Notes: generated from the letters alone by a model not told the origin. A stretch of DNA of 45,857 bases from Gammaproteobacteria bacterium (GCA_031396825.1 JANNLM010000026.1:1-45857), one strand, 5' to 3'. Counted from the first letter of the stretch, positions 34,755-44,828 are shown. Numbers and translations are program-made.

Positions 34755-35135
34755 TTACATTTTGTGCTTGACGTAGCGCGCTGTATCGCGCGGACTGTCT
34801 TCCCCAACCATTTCGCACGCTGCCACGGGCGCCGCTGCGCCGGTACGCCACACCCATCCCACAGGGAGAAACCGATCTGTCTGCTTTGCGATTTCTTCCG
34901 TTGGCCGGAAGGACACTTCCAAACCAGATTCCACCTGCATGATTTCATTGGGAAGCGGCTGGAATTCACCGGTTCTCTCGTCATGTATGTGAGGCATGAA
35001 GATGCCGAGTTTGTACTCGGATAGTCTGCGAAGCATCTCCTGGACTTCTGGGAGATGGATTGCCTCCTGAGCAACACTTAACGCTTGTGGCAAACAGCCA
35101 AACGCGCTTCCTTGTGAAACATTCGCTATCGTCAT
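34755..35135 (-). CDS. Hypothetical soluble protein (126 aa), no family recognised
   Basis: Clean ORF 6 nt upstream of the next gene. Non-repetitive composition, unlike the Arg/Ala-rich spurious ORFs. It lies in the low-GC patch. Confidence 0.4.
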   Translation of the reverse strand: MTIANVSQGSAFGCLPQALSVAQEAIHLPEVQEMLRRLSEYKLGIFMPHIHDERTGEFQPLPNEIMQVESGLEVSFRPTEEIAKQTDRFLPVGWVWRTGAAAPVAACEMVGEDSPRDTARYVKHKM

Positions 35136-35246
35136 GATGCTTTTCCTGCTGAGGTGGTTGACCCTTCGAAGTGGCCAGATCGCAACAGGTGCATTCGTTT
35201 TGGAGGCCGCACCAACCTCGTTATGGGAACGGTGCGAGACATCGCC

Positions 35247-35654
35247 CTAACCTTTGACCGGCGCCGCTTTGGGTTTCGATTCGTCGCCTGCGGGAGCGGC
35301 GGGCGTGGGTGCGGCAGCGGCGGGTTTCGGCGCAGCGGGCGCGGGTGCGGCGGCCGGCGCGGCCGGGGAAGGTTTCGGTGTTGTTGACGACGCCGCGCCC
35401 GGCGCTGTGTGGCCTTCGTGGCGGTCGCCATCCGAAGCTGCGGCGGGCGCGGCAGACTCATACCCGCTTCGGCGCACGGCAGACTTGATGTCGGCAATCG
35501 CGAGTCGGGATTCGTCGTAGCGCACCGTGGCGCTTCCCGCAGCGTAATTCACGGTAACGCTTTCGACACCCGGCACCTTGCCAATCCGCTGTTCCACTCC
35601 GTCCACGCTCAATACCGACAGCATGTCGTGCACTTCCATAACGCTCGTTTTCAT
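35247..35654 (-). CDS. Stand-alone cysteine-less HMA-like domain protein with a Pro/Ala-rich tail (paralogue of the ATPase N-terminus)
   Basis: [60 protein letters not shown] matches the ATPase N-terminus [65 protein letters not shown] lies 5 nt upstream of ATG 35654. Confidence 0.7.
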   Translation of the reverse strand: MKTSVMEVHDMLSVLSVDGVEQRIGKVPGVESVTVNYAAGSATVRYDESRLAIADIKSAVRRSGYESAAPAAASDGDRHEGHTAPGAASSTTPKPSPAAPAAAPAPAAPKPAAAAPTPAAPAGDESKPKAAPVKG

Positions 35655-35680
35655 CGCATCTCCTTAACCGTCGTCATATT
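35411..35680 (-). repeat. Direct repeat copy 2 (stand-alone HMA-like gene 5' part plus RBS/leader)
   Basis: See 34194-34465; the offset between copies is about 1217 bp. Confidence 0.85.
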
Positions 35681-35877
35681 GCGATGCGGAAAGTGCGTGA
35701 CGTTGCCGGTGCCGCCGCCGCATGTCATGCCAATTACCTTGGATTGCCGGATTGCCCGCCGTGCGGAATGCTCGCGAGCAACTCTCCATGTGGAGGGTGA
35801 GTGTGGGCATCACCGAGGAGAGCGTCTGTGCGCTGACGTACGTGGCCGCGTTCGTGCGGCAGGTCGAGCCCATCGAT

Positions 35878-38800
35878 TCACATCCTCAGTTCGACCGCGT
35901 GCGGCCGGCCATCGTTGACCAGCTGGACGACGCGGCCCGGTTGCGGGACGCCATCGACGGTCAAGCGACCGCCATCGGCGTCATGCGCCTTGCGCACCGT
36001 GATCGTGTAGACCGTCTCCTGGAATCGATAGTCGAGTTCGAATGAAGTCCACTCCGTCGGCATGCAGGGATTGAGGTGCAGGCGATCCGCTTCGCGCCGA
36101 AGTCCGAGCAGCGATTCCAGGATCAGTCGATACATCCAGCCGGCCGAGCCGGTGTACCAGGTCCAGCCGGCGCGACCGGTGTGCGGCGGCATGGCGTAGA
36201 CGTCAGCCGCGACCACGTAGGGCTCGGAGCGATACGTCGCGACGCCTTGTGGCGTGCGCGTGTGGTTGACCGGGTTGATCAGCGCGAGCAGTTCCCAGGC
36301 GCGGCGGCTATCGCCAAGACGGGCGAAGGCCATCGCGGCCCACACCGCTGCGTGCGTGTATTGCCCGCCGTTTTCGCGCACGCCGGGAACGTAGCCGCGG
36401 ATGTAGCCGGGATTCAGGTTCGACGTGTCGAACGGCGGGTCGAGCAGCTGCACCAGCCCGGCGTCGCGGCGAACCAGCCGTCGGTCCAGCGCGTCCATCG
36501 CCGTGCGCGAGCGCTCGCCGTCGCCCGCGCCGGACAGCACCGACCAGCTCTGCGCGATGGAGTCGATCTGGCATTCGGCGTTGGACGCCGTGCCCAGCAG
36601 CGTGCCGTCGTCGAACCAGGCGCGGCGATACCAGCCGCCGTCCCAGGCGTGCAGCTCCAGATTGTTGCGCAGGGCGGCCGCTTCTTTTTCGCAGCGCTCG
36701 ACGAACTCGGGATCGCCGTGGATCGCGGCAAGCCTGGCGAATGACGACAGGACTTCATGGAGAAAGAATCCGAGCCAGACGCTCTCGCCGCGGCCGTGAA
36801 TGCCGACCAGATTCATGCCGTCGTTCCAGTCGCCCGATCCCATCAGCGGCAGGCCGTGCTCGCCGTAGCGCAGGCCGTGCAGGATCGCGCGCACGCAGTG
36901 CTGGTACAGGCTCGCCGTTGCAGCGGAACGACCGGGCTGGTCGTAGTACGACTCCTCCTGGCCGCCCAGCGCGCGGCCCTCGAGGAAGTGCACGTTCTCG
37001 TCGAGCACGCCCGTGTCGCCGGTGGTAAGCACGTAGCGGCACGCCGCCAGCGGCAGCCACAGATAGTCGTCCGAGCAGCGTGTGCGCACGCCGCGGCCGG
37101 ACGGCGGATGCCACCAGTGCTGGACGTCGCCTTCCGAGTACTGGCGTCCGGCGCAGAGCAGCATCTGCTCGCGCAGCAGCCGCGGCTCGGCGTGCACCAG
37201 CGCCATCGCGTCCTGCAGCTGGTCGCGGAACCCGAATGCGCCACCGGACTGGTTGAAGCCGCTGCGCGCCCACATCCGGCAGGCCAGCGCCTGGTAAACC
37301 AGCCAGCCGTTGGCCAGCACGTCGAGCGCCGGATCGGGCGTGTGCACCTGGACGGCGCCGAGCGTGTGCTTCCAGAAGCGCCGGACTTTTTCGAGCGAGC
37401 TGCGTGCCGAGCCCGACTTGCGCAGCCGCTGCGCCAGCTCGCGCGCATGGCCGAGAGTGCGCCCAACGCCGAGACGGAAGATGATCTCGCGCTCCTGGCC
37501 GTCCGCCAGGTCAAACGGAACCTGGATTGCCGCGCAGGGATCCAGCCCCGCGCCGACGCGGCTGGAGAGCCGCGACCGTGTCATCGCATCGGGCGTTGCC
37601 GGCGCGCTGTTGCGGCCGAGGAACTCGGCGCGGTCGCCGGTCAGCGTGCGCGACAAATCGTCGACGTCGAAGAACGCGACGCGTTCTGCGAACTCGGTGT
37701 TGTAGACGTTGCGCGCGAACAGCGCGCCACTCGCCGCATCGATCTCGGTCACCACGTGCATCGCGCACTTCGGGCGCAGGTCGCCGAGCACCCATTCGAC
37801 GTAGCCGGTCGCCGAAAGCCGCCGCGCGCGGCCCGAGCCGTTGCGCACTTTCAGCACGGAGAATTTCACCGACTCCTCGAGGTCGACATACACCCACAGC
37901 TCCGAGCGGATGCCGCCCGTCGTGTGCTCGAACACGCTGTAGCCGAAGCCGTGACGCGTGACGTAGGGCATCGCGCCGCGGCTCGGCAGCGGCGTCGGCG
38001 ACCAGAAGTGCCCGCTCTCCTCGTCGCGCAGGTACATGGCCTCGCCACCCGCGGCGCCGACCGGGTCGTCGCTCCATGGCGTCAGCCGGAATTCGTGGGC
38101 GTTCTCGCTCCAGGTGTAGGCCTGGCCGCTCTCGGAGATCACCGTGCCGAAATGCGGATTGGCGAGCACGTTGACCCAGGGCACCGGCGTCATCCGCGAT
38201 TGCGCGGTGGCGATGACATACTCGCTGCCGTCGCGGGTGAATCCGCCAAAGTCGTTGCCGAGCACCAGGTCCGGCTGCGCCGCATCGGGCGACGCCGCCG
38301 GTTCGGCGCGATGCTCGCGCGTCGTCGCCAGCCGCGTGACGCGCTTGTCCGCAATGGCACGCTGGCTGATCTGCTCGGCCAGGGTGCCACCGCCGTCGGT
38401 GATGATGGCGCGCGCGACCGCCTGCAGCAGGATGCGGTCCTCGCCGGAGATCTGCTCGCCGGAGCGCACGAAGACGCCGCCGGGGCGATCGATGACATGC
38501 GCCTCGGGGCCGCCCGCGATCAGGCCCATGATCTGGTCCTGCAATCGCTGGCGATAGCTGGCGTGATCCTCGTTCCAGATCACCAGGTCGACGGCGAGGC
38601 CCTTGGAGCGCCAGTACGCGTGGCACCGGATCATCTGGCGGACGAGATCGATGTTGGCGATGTCGGCGATCTTCAGCAGCACGATCGGCAGGTCGCCGGA
38701 GATTGCGTAACCCCAGAGGCCGGATTGGCCGCGCCGGTTCTGCGTCAGCACGCCAGCGTCCGCGCGCAGCGCGGCGTGGGCGTAGAGGACGGCGCCGGCG

Positions 38801-41800
38801 AGACGCCGATAGAGGTGCGCGTCGGTCTCGGAGACGTTGATCTGGCGCAGCGCCACGCTGCCGTGGGTCCAGGCCAGGTCGAACACGCGGCTGGCGAGAT
38901 GACGGTCCTGGTATCTCTCGACCAGCGTCATGCACGCGGCGCGGCTGGGCGCGGCGCCCGAAATCCAATCGAGCGTCGCGGATTGACCGGGCTCGAGCGT
39001 CAGCCGGCAACGGATGGCGGCAACCGGGTCGAGCACCGAGCCGGCGCTTCCCGACAAGGCTGCGTTTGCATGCAGAGCGTGAGGCCGGGCCACGCTGTGG
39101 CCGCGGCCGATGAAGCGCATGCGATCGGTTTCGTAGGACACCTCGCCGATGTCGGTGCCGTTGGGAGCGAGCAGGTGGAACATCCACGGCGTCGGATCGT
39201 GGACCGAGCGCGGGCGGCGCGTGCACAGGATTGCGCGCAGTGTGTCGATGACCTCGGTTTGAACGAACAGGTTGCCGAACGCGGTCTGGATCGCATCCGC
39301 GGCCGGCGGCGCGAGCACGACTTCGGCGTAGCTGGTGATCTCGATCGTGCGGCGCACGCGGCCGTGGTTGGTGATGCGCAGACGGCGCAGTTCGATGTCG
39401 TCTTCCGGCGAAACGACGATCTCGGTGTACGTCTCATAGTCGTGATCGCGGCGGCGATATTCAGCGCGCCCTTCGGAGAACATCGCTTCGTAGCTGTCGG
39501 CGCGCTTGCACGTCGGCTGGTGCGCTGCGGACCAGACTTCGCTGCTGGCGATGTCGCGCAGGTAGATGAACGTCCCCCAGTTGTCGCAGGTGCTGTCCTC
39601 GCGCCAGCGCGTGATCGCCAGATCGTTCCAGCGGCTGTAGCCGCCGCCGGCGTTGGTAACCATGACGTGGTAGCGGCCGTTGGACAGCAATTGCACTTCC
39701 GGCGCCGGCGTGTGTGAGCCGATCGGCGCCTGCGCCGAGCCTTCGGGACCCTCGAACAACGGTCCGCCTTCGGCATGCGCGGAGATGCCCTTGTTGAACA
39801 CGGAGGTGTCGGGGATGCGCTCCTGCAGCAGCGGCAGCGTTGCCTGGAACAGCGGCGCGGCCTCGAAGCGGCGCTGCATCGGCCGCCGCAGCAGCAGGTG
39901 GGCGAGCGACAGAAGGTTCATGCCCTGGTGATGCGCCATGAATGACTGCACGACGACACGGGTCTGACCGCGCGGCAGGCGCGCGGGCGTGTAGTCAACG
40001 GCCTCAAAGAAGCCGAAGCGCCCTTCCAGTCCTTCCTCGCTCAGTCGGCGCAGGTTGGTGCAGGCTGCCGCCGGCGCCACCATCAACGCGAGGACACTCG
40101 CATACGGCGCGATGACGAGATTGTCTCCCAGCCCGCGCTGCAGCCCGAGCCCCGGCACGCCGAACGCGCGGTACTGGTAGTTGAATGCAGCATCGACGGT
40201 CGCGTAGCCGGACTCCGAGATGCCCCACGGCAATCCGCACTGGTCGCCGTAGGCGATCTGGCGCGCGACTGCGGCCTGGCAGGTCTGATCGAGCAAGGTG
40301 CCTTCATAGGCCGGCATCACCAGCAGCGGCATCAGGTACTCGAACATCGAGCCGCTCCACGACAGCAGCACCGGCCTGCCCTCGGCGATCGTCAGCAGGC
40401 GGCCGAGAGCGAACCAGCTCTCCTGTGGCAACTGGCCCTGGGCGACGGCGACGAAGATGCACAACCGCGCCTCGGAGGCGAGCAGGTCGTAGAAACTGGC
40501 GTCGCGCCGCGAATCGTCGACGTTGTAGCCGATCGCCAGCAGGTGGCGCGTGCGGTCGTAGAGGAACTCGTACTCCATCGTCGCGAATCCGGTGGCCTGC
40601 AGGACCAGGCGTTCGCTTTGCGCGAGGCGCTCGAGCGCGTGGTCGCGTCCGTCAACCAGGCTTTCGCGCAAGCCGACCAGCCAGGCGTGTTCGGCCGGCG
40701 TCGCGCGTTCCAGCAAGCGCGCATCGATGGCGAGCAGCATCTCGCCGGCGCGCGGCGCCAACTCACGCAGGCTGGGAACGCCGCCGAAATCGGCGAAGCG
40801 ATCAAGCCCTTCCGGCGCGGCGGGCAGGAACAGCCAGGGTGTCAGCCATCGGAACTCGTCCAGCGCGGCGCGCGCCTGCCGCGCGAATGCCTCGATCCAC
40901 ATGCCGGCGTCGTTGGCAGACGGATCGGCGCTGGCCAGCGCTGCAGCGCTGGCCTCGATCGGTGCGAGCGACTGCACGATGGCCGGCAGCGTCGACGATG
41001 GCTGTGCGCAGGCAGCGCTCAGCAAGGCCTGCGCTTCGGCGACGTCCGGCGTTGGCGGAACAAGTTCGGCGAGAATGGCAAACGTATCGAGCAGTCCGTC
41101 GAACAGCCGCGTTCCGCCGATGGCCTGTTCCGGCAGCACTTCCAGCGCGGTACGCAGCGTCAGCACATGACCGGCGAGATTGCCGCTGTCGACCGACGAC
41201 ACGTAGCGCGGCGGCAGCGGCTGCAGTGAGCGCGTGTCGTACCAGTTGTAGAAATGTCCCCGATGCCGCGGCAACTGCGCCAGCGTATCGAACGCCGCGG
41301 CGGTGCGCTCGATGAAGACGCCGGCGGAGATGAAGCCGAAGTCGCAGGCCGACAGGTTCGCCAGCAACGATAGTCCGACGTTGGTGGGCGACGTGCGATG
41401 GGCGATCACCGCAGCGGGCTGTTCCTGGACGTTGTCCGGCGGCAGCCAATGCTCGCCGGCGACGGCGAAGCGGTCGAAGAAGGCCCAGGTCTTGCGCGCG
41501 ATCCTGCGCAGGAACAGGACCTGCTCCGCGCTCAGGGTTTCTTCGCGGCGTGCCAGCGGCCGGCTGAGCCACCAGGCGATGGCCGGCGCGACCAGCCACA
41601 GTCCGAGGATCGGCAACACCGCGGCGAGCGCATCCAGACCCGGCTGCATCACGGCGGCGATTGCAGCAGCCGCGGCGGCGCCGGGTGCAATCCACATCGC
41701 GCGATACGACGCGACGACGCCCGCCTCGGCCTGACCGGCATGTCGCGCACCGTTTTCCGAGGCGCGCCAATCCAGCAGCCGGCGCTGCGTGAACAGCGTG

Positions 41801-44577
41801 CGCCAGGTGGTTCTCACGACGGCGTCGAGGCTGAACAGCGCCTCGAACGGCAGGCAGGCGATCCTCAGTCCGGCCTGGGCAAAGCCTCGTCCGGCGGCGT
41901 ACACGACGGTGGTGAGGTGCTGCGTGAGGCGCACGTCCTGCGGCCTGCGGAAAATGGCCACCACGGCGATCACGCACGGCGGCATCACGACGGCGCCGAT
42001 CGCGCACAGCGTCCACAACCAGGGGTGTGGCAAGGCGAACCAGCCGAGCATCAGCAGCAACAGCAATGCCACGGGCGCCAGGCAGCGCCGCAGGTTGTCG
42101 AAGATCTTCCAGCGTGACAACGCCGACAACGGGTTCGCCCGGCTGCCACCGTCGGGACCCGGCACGCGCGGCAGCATCCAGCTGGCGATCTGCCAGTCGC
42201 CGCGGATCCAGCGGCGCTGCCGGTCGACGTCGGCGAGGTAGCGGCCCGGGTACTGCTCGAACAGGTGCACGTCGCTGAGCAATCCGGAGCGCGCGTAGCA
42301 GCCTTCGAGCAAGTCGTGGCTGAGGATGCGGTTTTCCGGTAACTGCCCGCTGAGCGATTGCTCGAAGGCGTCGACGTCGTAGATGCCCTTGCCGATGAAC
42401 GAGCCTTCGTCGAACACGTCTTGATACACGTCCGACGCCGAGCGCGTGTACGGATCGATGCCAGGTTCGCCGCCGCACAGTCGCGCATAGCGCGAGCGAT
42501 TCACTCCGGACAGGCTCGCGGCGATGCGCGGCTGCAGGATCCCGTAGCCGGCGGTGACGCGCTGGAGTCCAGGGTCGTAGCACGGACGGTTGAGCGGGTG
42601 CGCCATCGTGCCGATCAGCTGGCGCGCGGCGTCGCGCGGCAACAGCGTGTCGGTATCCAGCGTGATGACATATCTGACCGTGGCCAGCGCCTGTACGTCG
42701 CCGACGACGAGCGAGAAGCGGTCGTAGCCGCCGCCGCGCAACGCCGCATTCAGGGCGGCGAGCTTGCCGCGCTTGCGCTCGTAGCCCATCCATACGCGGT
42801 CGACCGGATTCCAGTGTCGCGGCCGATGCAGCAGGAAGAACAGATCGTCGCCGCCGGCGGCGTATTTGCGGTTCAGCTTCTCGATCCCGTTTCGCGCCTG
42901 CAGTAGCAGCGCCTCGTCTTCGGCCTGCGCCGGTTCGAGCGCATCGCGAAAGTCGGTGAGCAAGGCGAAGAACAAGTGGCTATCCCGGTTGCCAAGAAAG
43001 CGGACTTCAAGCGCCTCGAGCAGGGCCGCCACGCTCTGTGAACTGTCGAGCAGCGTCGGAATCGCCACCAGCGAGCACACCTCCGCCGGCAGTCCGCGCG
43101 AGTAGTCCATGCGCGGCAGGCGTTGCGGCGCCGTCAGTAGCGTGGAAAGCCAGTTCACCAGCAAGGACGCCGGCTGACTCGCCGCCAGCAGCAACAGGCA
43201 GCCGAGCAGGACGAAGCGCCAGCCGTCGACGCCATCCAGACGGGCATGCCCCAGCACCAGGCCGGCGAAAACCATCGTGATCAGCGCAATCGATCCGATG
43301 TGGAGTGCCAGCGGGGCGCGGCCCAGCCGGCGGCGCGCCCGCTGCAGAAGAGGAATGCGGGCACCCACCGCCTGCTCCAGCAGCGGCAACCCGCGGTCGA
43401 TGAGGAAGTAGCCGACGTGTGCAGTGCGCGCATCATCGGCATGGACGGCGGCGCTGCGCTGCGCGAGATCGACGGCCGCGCGCGCCACTTCGACCTCGGA
43501 GCGGCGGCTGGCTTTGGCGAGCCGGGCGACGACGTGGCGGTAGCGATCGCGCGTCGCGAAATCCATTTCGCCGTACACCCTCGCCGCCAGCAGGGCCTGC
43601 TCCACCAGGCTCATGCTCTCGACGAAGCTGTGCCAGTCCATCGCGCCGAGGAAGCGCAGGCTGCCGATGCTGTTGCTGATCGACACCTGGTCCGCCGCCT
43701 GCTGCTGGTTTTCCGACGCCACCAGTTGCGCGATGGTGAGGCTCGATTCGGCGAGGCGCTGCTCGATCCAGGTCAGCGGCAAGGCCAGCGCCGGACCGTG
43801 CCCCTGCAGGCGGCGCGCGAGCTCGGCGACGAATGCGCTCACCATCGGCGGGATCGATCGGGCCATGTCCGCGATCACCAGGATCAGGCTCTTGGGATCG
43901 CTCTCGGCGATCTCGATCATCTGGTTGGCCCAGTCCTGCGCCAGGTGCCGATGGTGGCCCGCCGCGGTGATGCGCGCGGCGACGCGGCGCAGATTTTCGA
44001 TCAAGGCCAGGCGCAGCATGATCGGAATCGCCCACAGCTCGCCGAGCGTGAGCGGAGTGACGGTCTGGTACGCGGTGACGAAGCGGATGAGGGATTCCGC
44101 ATCCACGCGTCCATCGCCATGCGAGATCGCCTCCAGGGCGAGGTCGTAGACGCGCGGCAATCCGGCCGACGGCGTTGCGGCGAGCGTCGGCAGCTCGCGG
44201 CTATAGCCGATCGGCAGATGCCTTCGCGCCGTGCGGATCTGCTCCTCGATGAGGTAGAAGTTGTCGAGCAACCACTCGCCCGCAGGGGAGATCCGGCCCT
44301 TGGTCTCGACCCGCGCCGTCAGCAGGCGGCAGGTTTCGGTGAGGATCTGCTCGTTGTCGGCAAGTCGCCTGAGCAGGCGATCGCGCGAGCCGAAACCGGC
44401 GAGGACATGCGCTCCAGCGAGGGCGCGGCCGTGGTGCTGCATCTGGTCGGCGCTGAACAGTTCGGCGCGCAGCGGCGTCTCGCCGACGGCATCGAATTCG
44501 CCGCGCCGTTTCCACGCCTCGCTCAACCGCGAGCGTGCGATCCGGATGAACGCCCGCAACCGTCGGTGTCGGCTCAT
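35878..44577 (-). CDS. ndvB: Cyclic beta-1,2-glucan synthase (NdvB/ChvB/Cgs)
   Basis: Single 2899-aa ORF. An N-terminal multi-TM region precedes a glycosyltransferase core (VRYVITLDTDTLLPRDAARQLIGTMAHPLNRP). A central cyclisation region and a C-terminal GH94 phosphorylase-like region follow. Size and domain order match Cgs/NdvB. Confidence 0.93.
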   Translation of the reverse strand: MSRHRRLRAFIRIARSRLSEAWKRRGEFDAVGETPLRAELFSADQMQHHGRALAGAHVLAGFGSRDRLLRRLADNEQILTETCRLLTARVETKGRISPAGEWLLDNFYLIEEQIRTARRHLPIGYSRELPTLAATPSAGLPRVYDLALEAISHGDGRVDAESLIRFVTAYQTVTPLTLGELWAIPIMLRLALIENLRRVAARITAAGHHRHLAQDWANQMIEIAESDPKSLILVIADMARSIPPMVSAFVAELARRLQGHGPALALPLTWIEQRLAESSLTIAQLVASENQQQAADQVSISNSIGSLRFLGAMDWHSFVESMSLVEQALLAARVYGEMDFATRDRYRHVVARLAKASRRSEVEVARAAVDLAQRSAAVHADDARTAHVGYFLIDRGLPLLEQAVGARIPLLQRARRRLGRAPLALHIGSIALITMVFAGLVLGHARLDGVDGWRFVLLGCLLLLAASQPASLLVNWLSTLLTAPQRLPRMDYSRGLPAEVCSLVAIPTLLDSSQSVAALLEALEVRFLGNRDSHLFFALLTDFRDALEPAQAEDEALLLQARNGIEKLNRKYAAGGDDLFFLLHRPRHWNPVDRVWMGYERKRGKLAALNAALRGGGYDRFSLVVGDVQALATVRYVITLDTDTLLPRDAARQLIGTMAHPLNRPCYDPGLQRVTAGYGILQPRIAASLSGVNRSRYARLCGGEPGIDPYTRSASDVYQDVFDEGSFIGKGIYDVDAFEQSLSGQLPENRILSHDLLEGCYARSGLLSDVHLFEQYPGRYLADVDRQRRWIRGDWQIASWMLPRVPGPDGGSRANPLSALSRWKIFDNLRRCLAPVALLLLLMLGWFALPHPWLWTLCAIGAVVMPPCVIAVVAIFRRPQDVRLTQHLTTVVYAAGRGFAQAGLRIACLPFEALFSLDAVVRTTWRTLFTQRRLLDWRASENGARHAGQAEAGVVASYRAMWIAPGAAAAAAIAAVMQPGLDALAAVLPILGLWLVAPAIAWWLSRPLARREETLSAEQVLFLRRIARKTWAFFDRFAVAGEHWLPPDNVQEQPAAVIAHRTSPTNVGLSLLANLSACDFGFISAGVFIERTAAAFDTLAQLPRHRGHFYNWYDTRSLQPLPPRYVSSVDSGNLAGHVLTLRTALEVLPEQAIGGTRLFDGLLDTFAILAELVPPTPDVAEAQALLSAACAQPSSTLPAIVQSLAPIEASAAALASADPSANDAGMWIEAFARQARAALDEFRWLTPWLFLPAAPEGLDRFADFGGVPSLRELAPRAGEMLLAIDARLLERATPAEHAWLVGLRESLVDGRDHALERLAQSERLVLQATGFATMEYEFLYDRTRHLLAIGYNVDDSRRDASFYDLLASEARLCIFVAVAQGQLPQESWFALGRLLTIAEGRPVLLSWSGSMFEYLMPLLVMPAYEGTLLDQTCQAAVARQIAYGDQCGLPWGISESGYATVDAAFNYQYRAFGVPGLGLQRGLGDNLVIAPYASVLALMVAPAAACTNLRRLSEEGLEGRFGFFEAVDYTPARLPRGQTRVVVQSFMAHHQGMNLLSLAHLLLRRPMQRRFEAAPLFQATLPLLQERIPDTSVFNKGISAHAEGGPLFEGPEGSAQAPIGSHTPAPEVQLLSNGRYHVMVTNAGGGYSRWNDLAITRWREDSTCDNWGTFIYLRDIASSEVWSAAHQPTCKRADSYEAMFSEGRAEYRRRDHDYETYTEIVVSPEDDIELRRLRITNHGRVRRTIEITSYAEVVLAPPAADAIQTAFGNLFVQTEVIDTLRAILCTRRPRSVHDPTPWMFHLLAPNGTDIGEVSYETDRMRFIGRGHSVARPHALHANAALSGSAGSVLDPVAAIRCRLTLEPGQSATLDWISGAAPSRAACMTLVERYQDRHLASRVFDLAWTHGSVALRQINVSETDAHLYRRLAGAVLYAHAALRADAGVLTQNRRGQSGLWGYAISGDLPIVLLKIADIANIDLVRQMIRCHAYWRSKGLAVDLVIWNEDHASYRQRLQDQIMGLIAGGPEAHVIDRPGGVFVRSGEQISGEDRILLQAVARAIITDGGGTLAEQISQRAIADKRVTRLATTREHRAEPAASPDAAQPDLVLGNDFGGFTRDGSEYVIATAQSRMTPVPWVNVLANPHFGTVISESGQAYTWSENAHEFRLTPWSDDPVGAAGGEAMYLRDEESGHFWSPTPLPSRGAMPYVTRHGFGYSVFEHTTGGIRSELWVYVDLEESVKFSVLKVRNGSGRARRLSATGYVEWVLGDLRPKCAMHVVTEIDAASGALFARNVYNTEFAERVAFFDVDDLSRTLTGDRAEFLGRNSAPATPDAMTRSRLSSRVGAGLDPCAAIQVPFDLADGQEREIIFRLGVGRTLGHARELAQRLRKSGSARSSLEKVRRFWKHTLGAVQVHTPDPALDVLANGWLVYQALACRMWARSGFNQSGGAFGFRDQLQDAMALVHAEPRLLREQMLLCAGRQYSEGDVQHWWHPPSGRGVRTRCSDDYLWLPLAACRYVLTTGDTGVLDENVHFLEGRALGGQEESYYDQPGRSAATASLYQHCVRAILHGLRYGEHGLPLMGSGDWNDGMNLVGIHGRGESVWLGFFLHEVLSSFARLAAIHGDPEFVERCEKEAAALRNNLELHAWDGGWYRRAWFDDGTLLGTASNAECQIDSIAQSWSVLSGAGDGERSRTAMDALDRRLVRRDAGLVQLLDPPFDTSNLNPGYIRGYVPGVRENGGQYTHAAVWAAMAFARLGDSRRAWELLALINPVNHTRTPQGVATYRSEPYVVAADVYAMPPHTGRAGWTWYTGSAGWMYRLILESLLGLRREADRLHLNPCMPTEWTSFELDYRFQETVYTITVRKAHDADGGRLTVDGVPQPGRVVQLVNDGRPHAVELRM

Positions 44578-44828
44578 GCAGCCTGCCGCGATCGAGGGAG
44601 GTTGATGGTGCTCATTGCGTGACCCATGGCTGGAAGAGGACCTGGGCCAGGCCCGCCGGGGCTCTGTGCATCATCCGCAGCGGCGCGATCGATCTCAGTA
44701 CGTCAGCACACACATGCGTCGTCTGGGAAAGCTGGGCGCTTTGAGGGCCAAGGAAGCTTAGGGTTTCCCTGCTCGCTTCCTGATATATCTCGTATGTTGC
44801 GTCGCAACAAACGACCTGTTTGCCCGCT

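Noticed and set aside
35741-35756. Tandem 8-mer GGATTGCC-GGATTGCC upstream of the stand-alone HMA-like gene, and a nearby imperfect dyad CTCTCC...GGAGAG
   Set aside because: A single tandem 8-mer is expected by chance roughly once in a window of this size. The dyad does not match MerR/CueR-type operator architecture (no 19-20 bp spaced -35/-10 around it).
36757-39717. 986-aa ORF on the plus strand (also 40185-41315 and 43246-44622 on the plus strand, and 40802-42793 and 37511-39226 out of frame on the minus strand)
   Set aside because: All lie entirely inside the ndvB coding region. Their translations are Arg/Ala/Gly/Pro-rich low-complexity strings, typical of shadow frames in GC-rich DNA. 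The ndvB frame has recognisable family motifs along its whole length.
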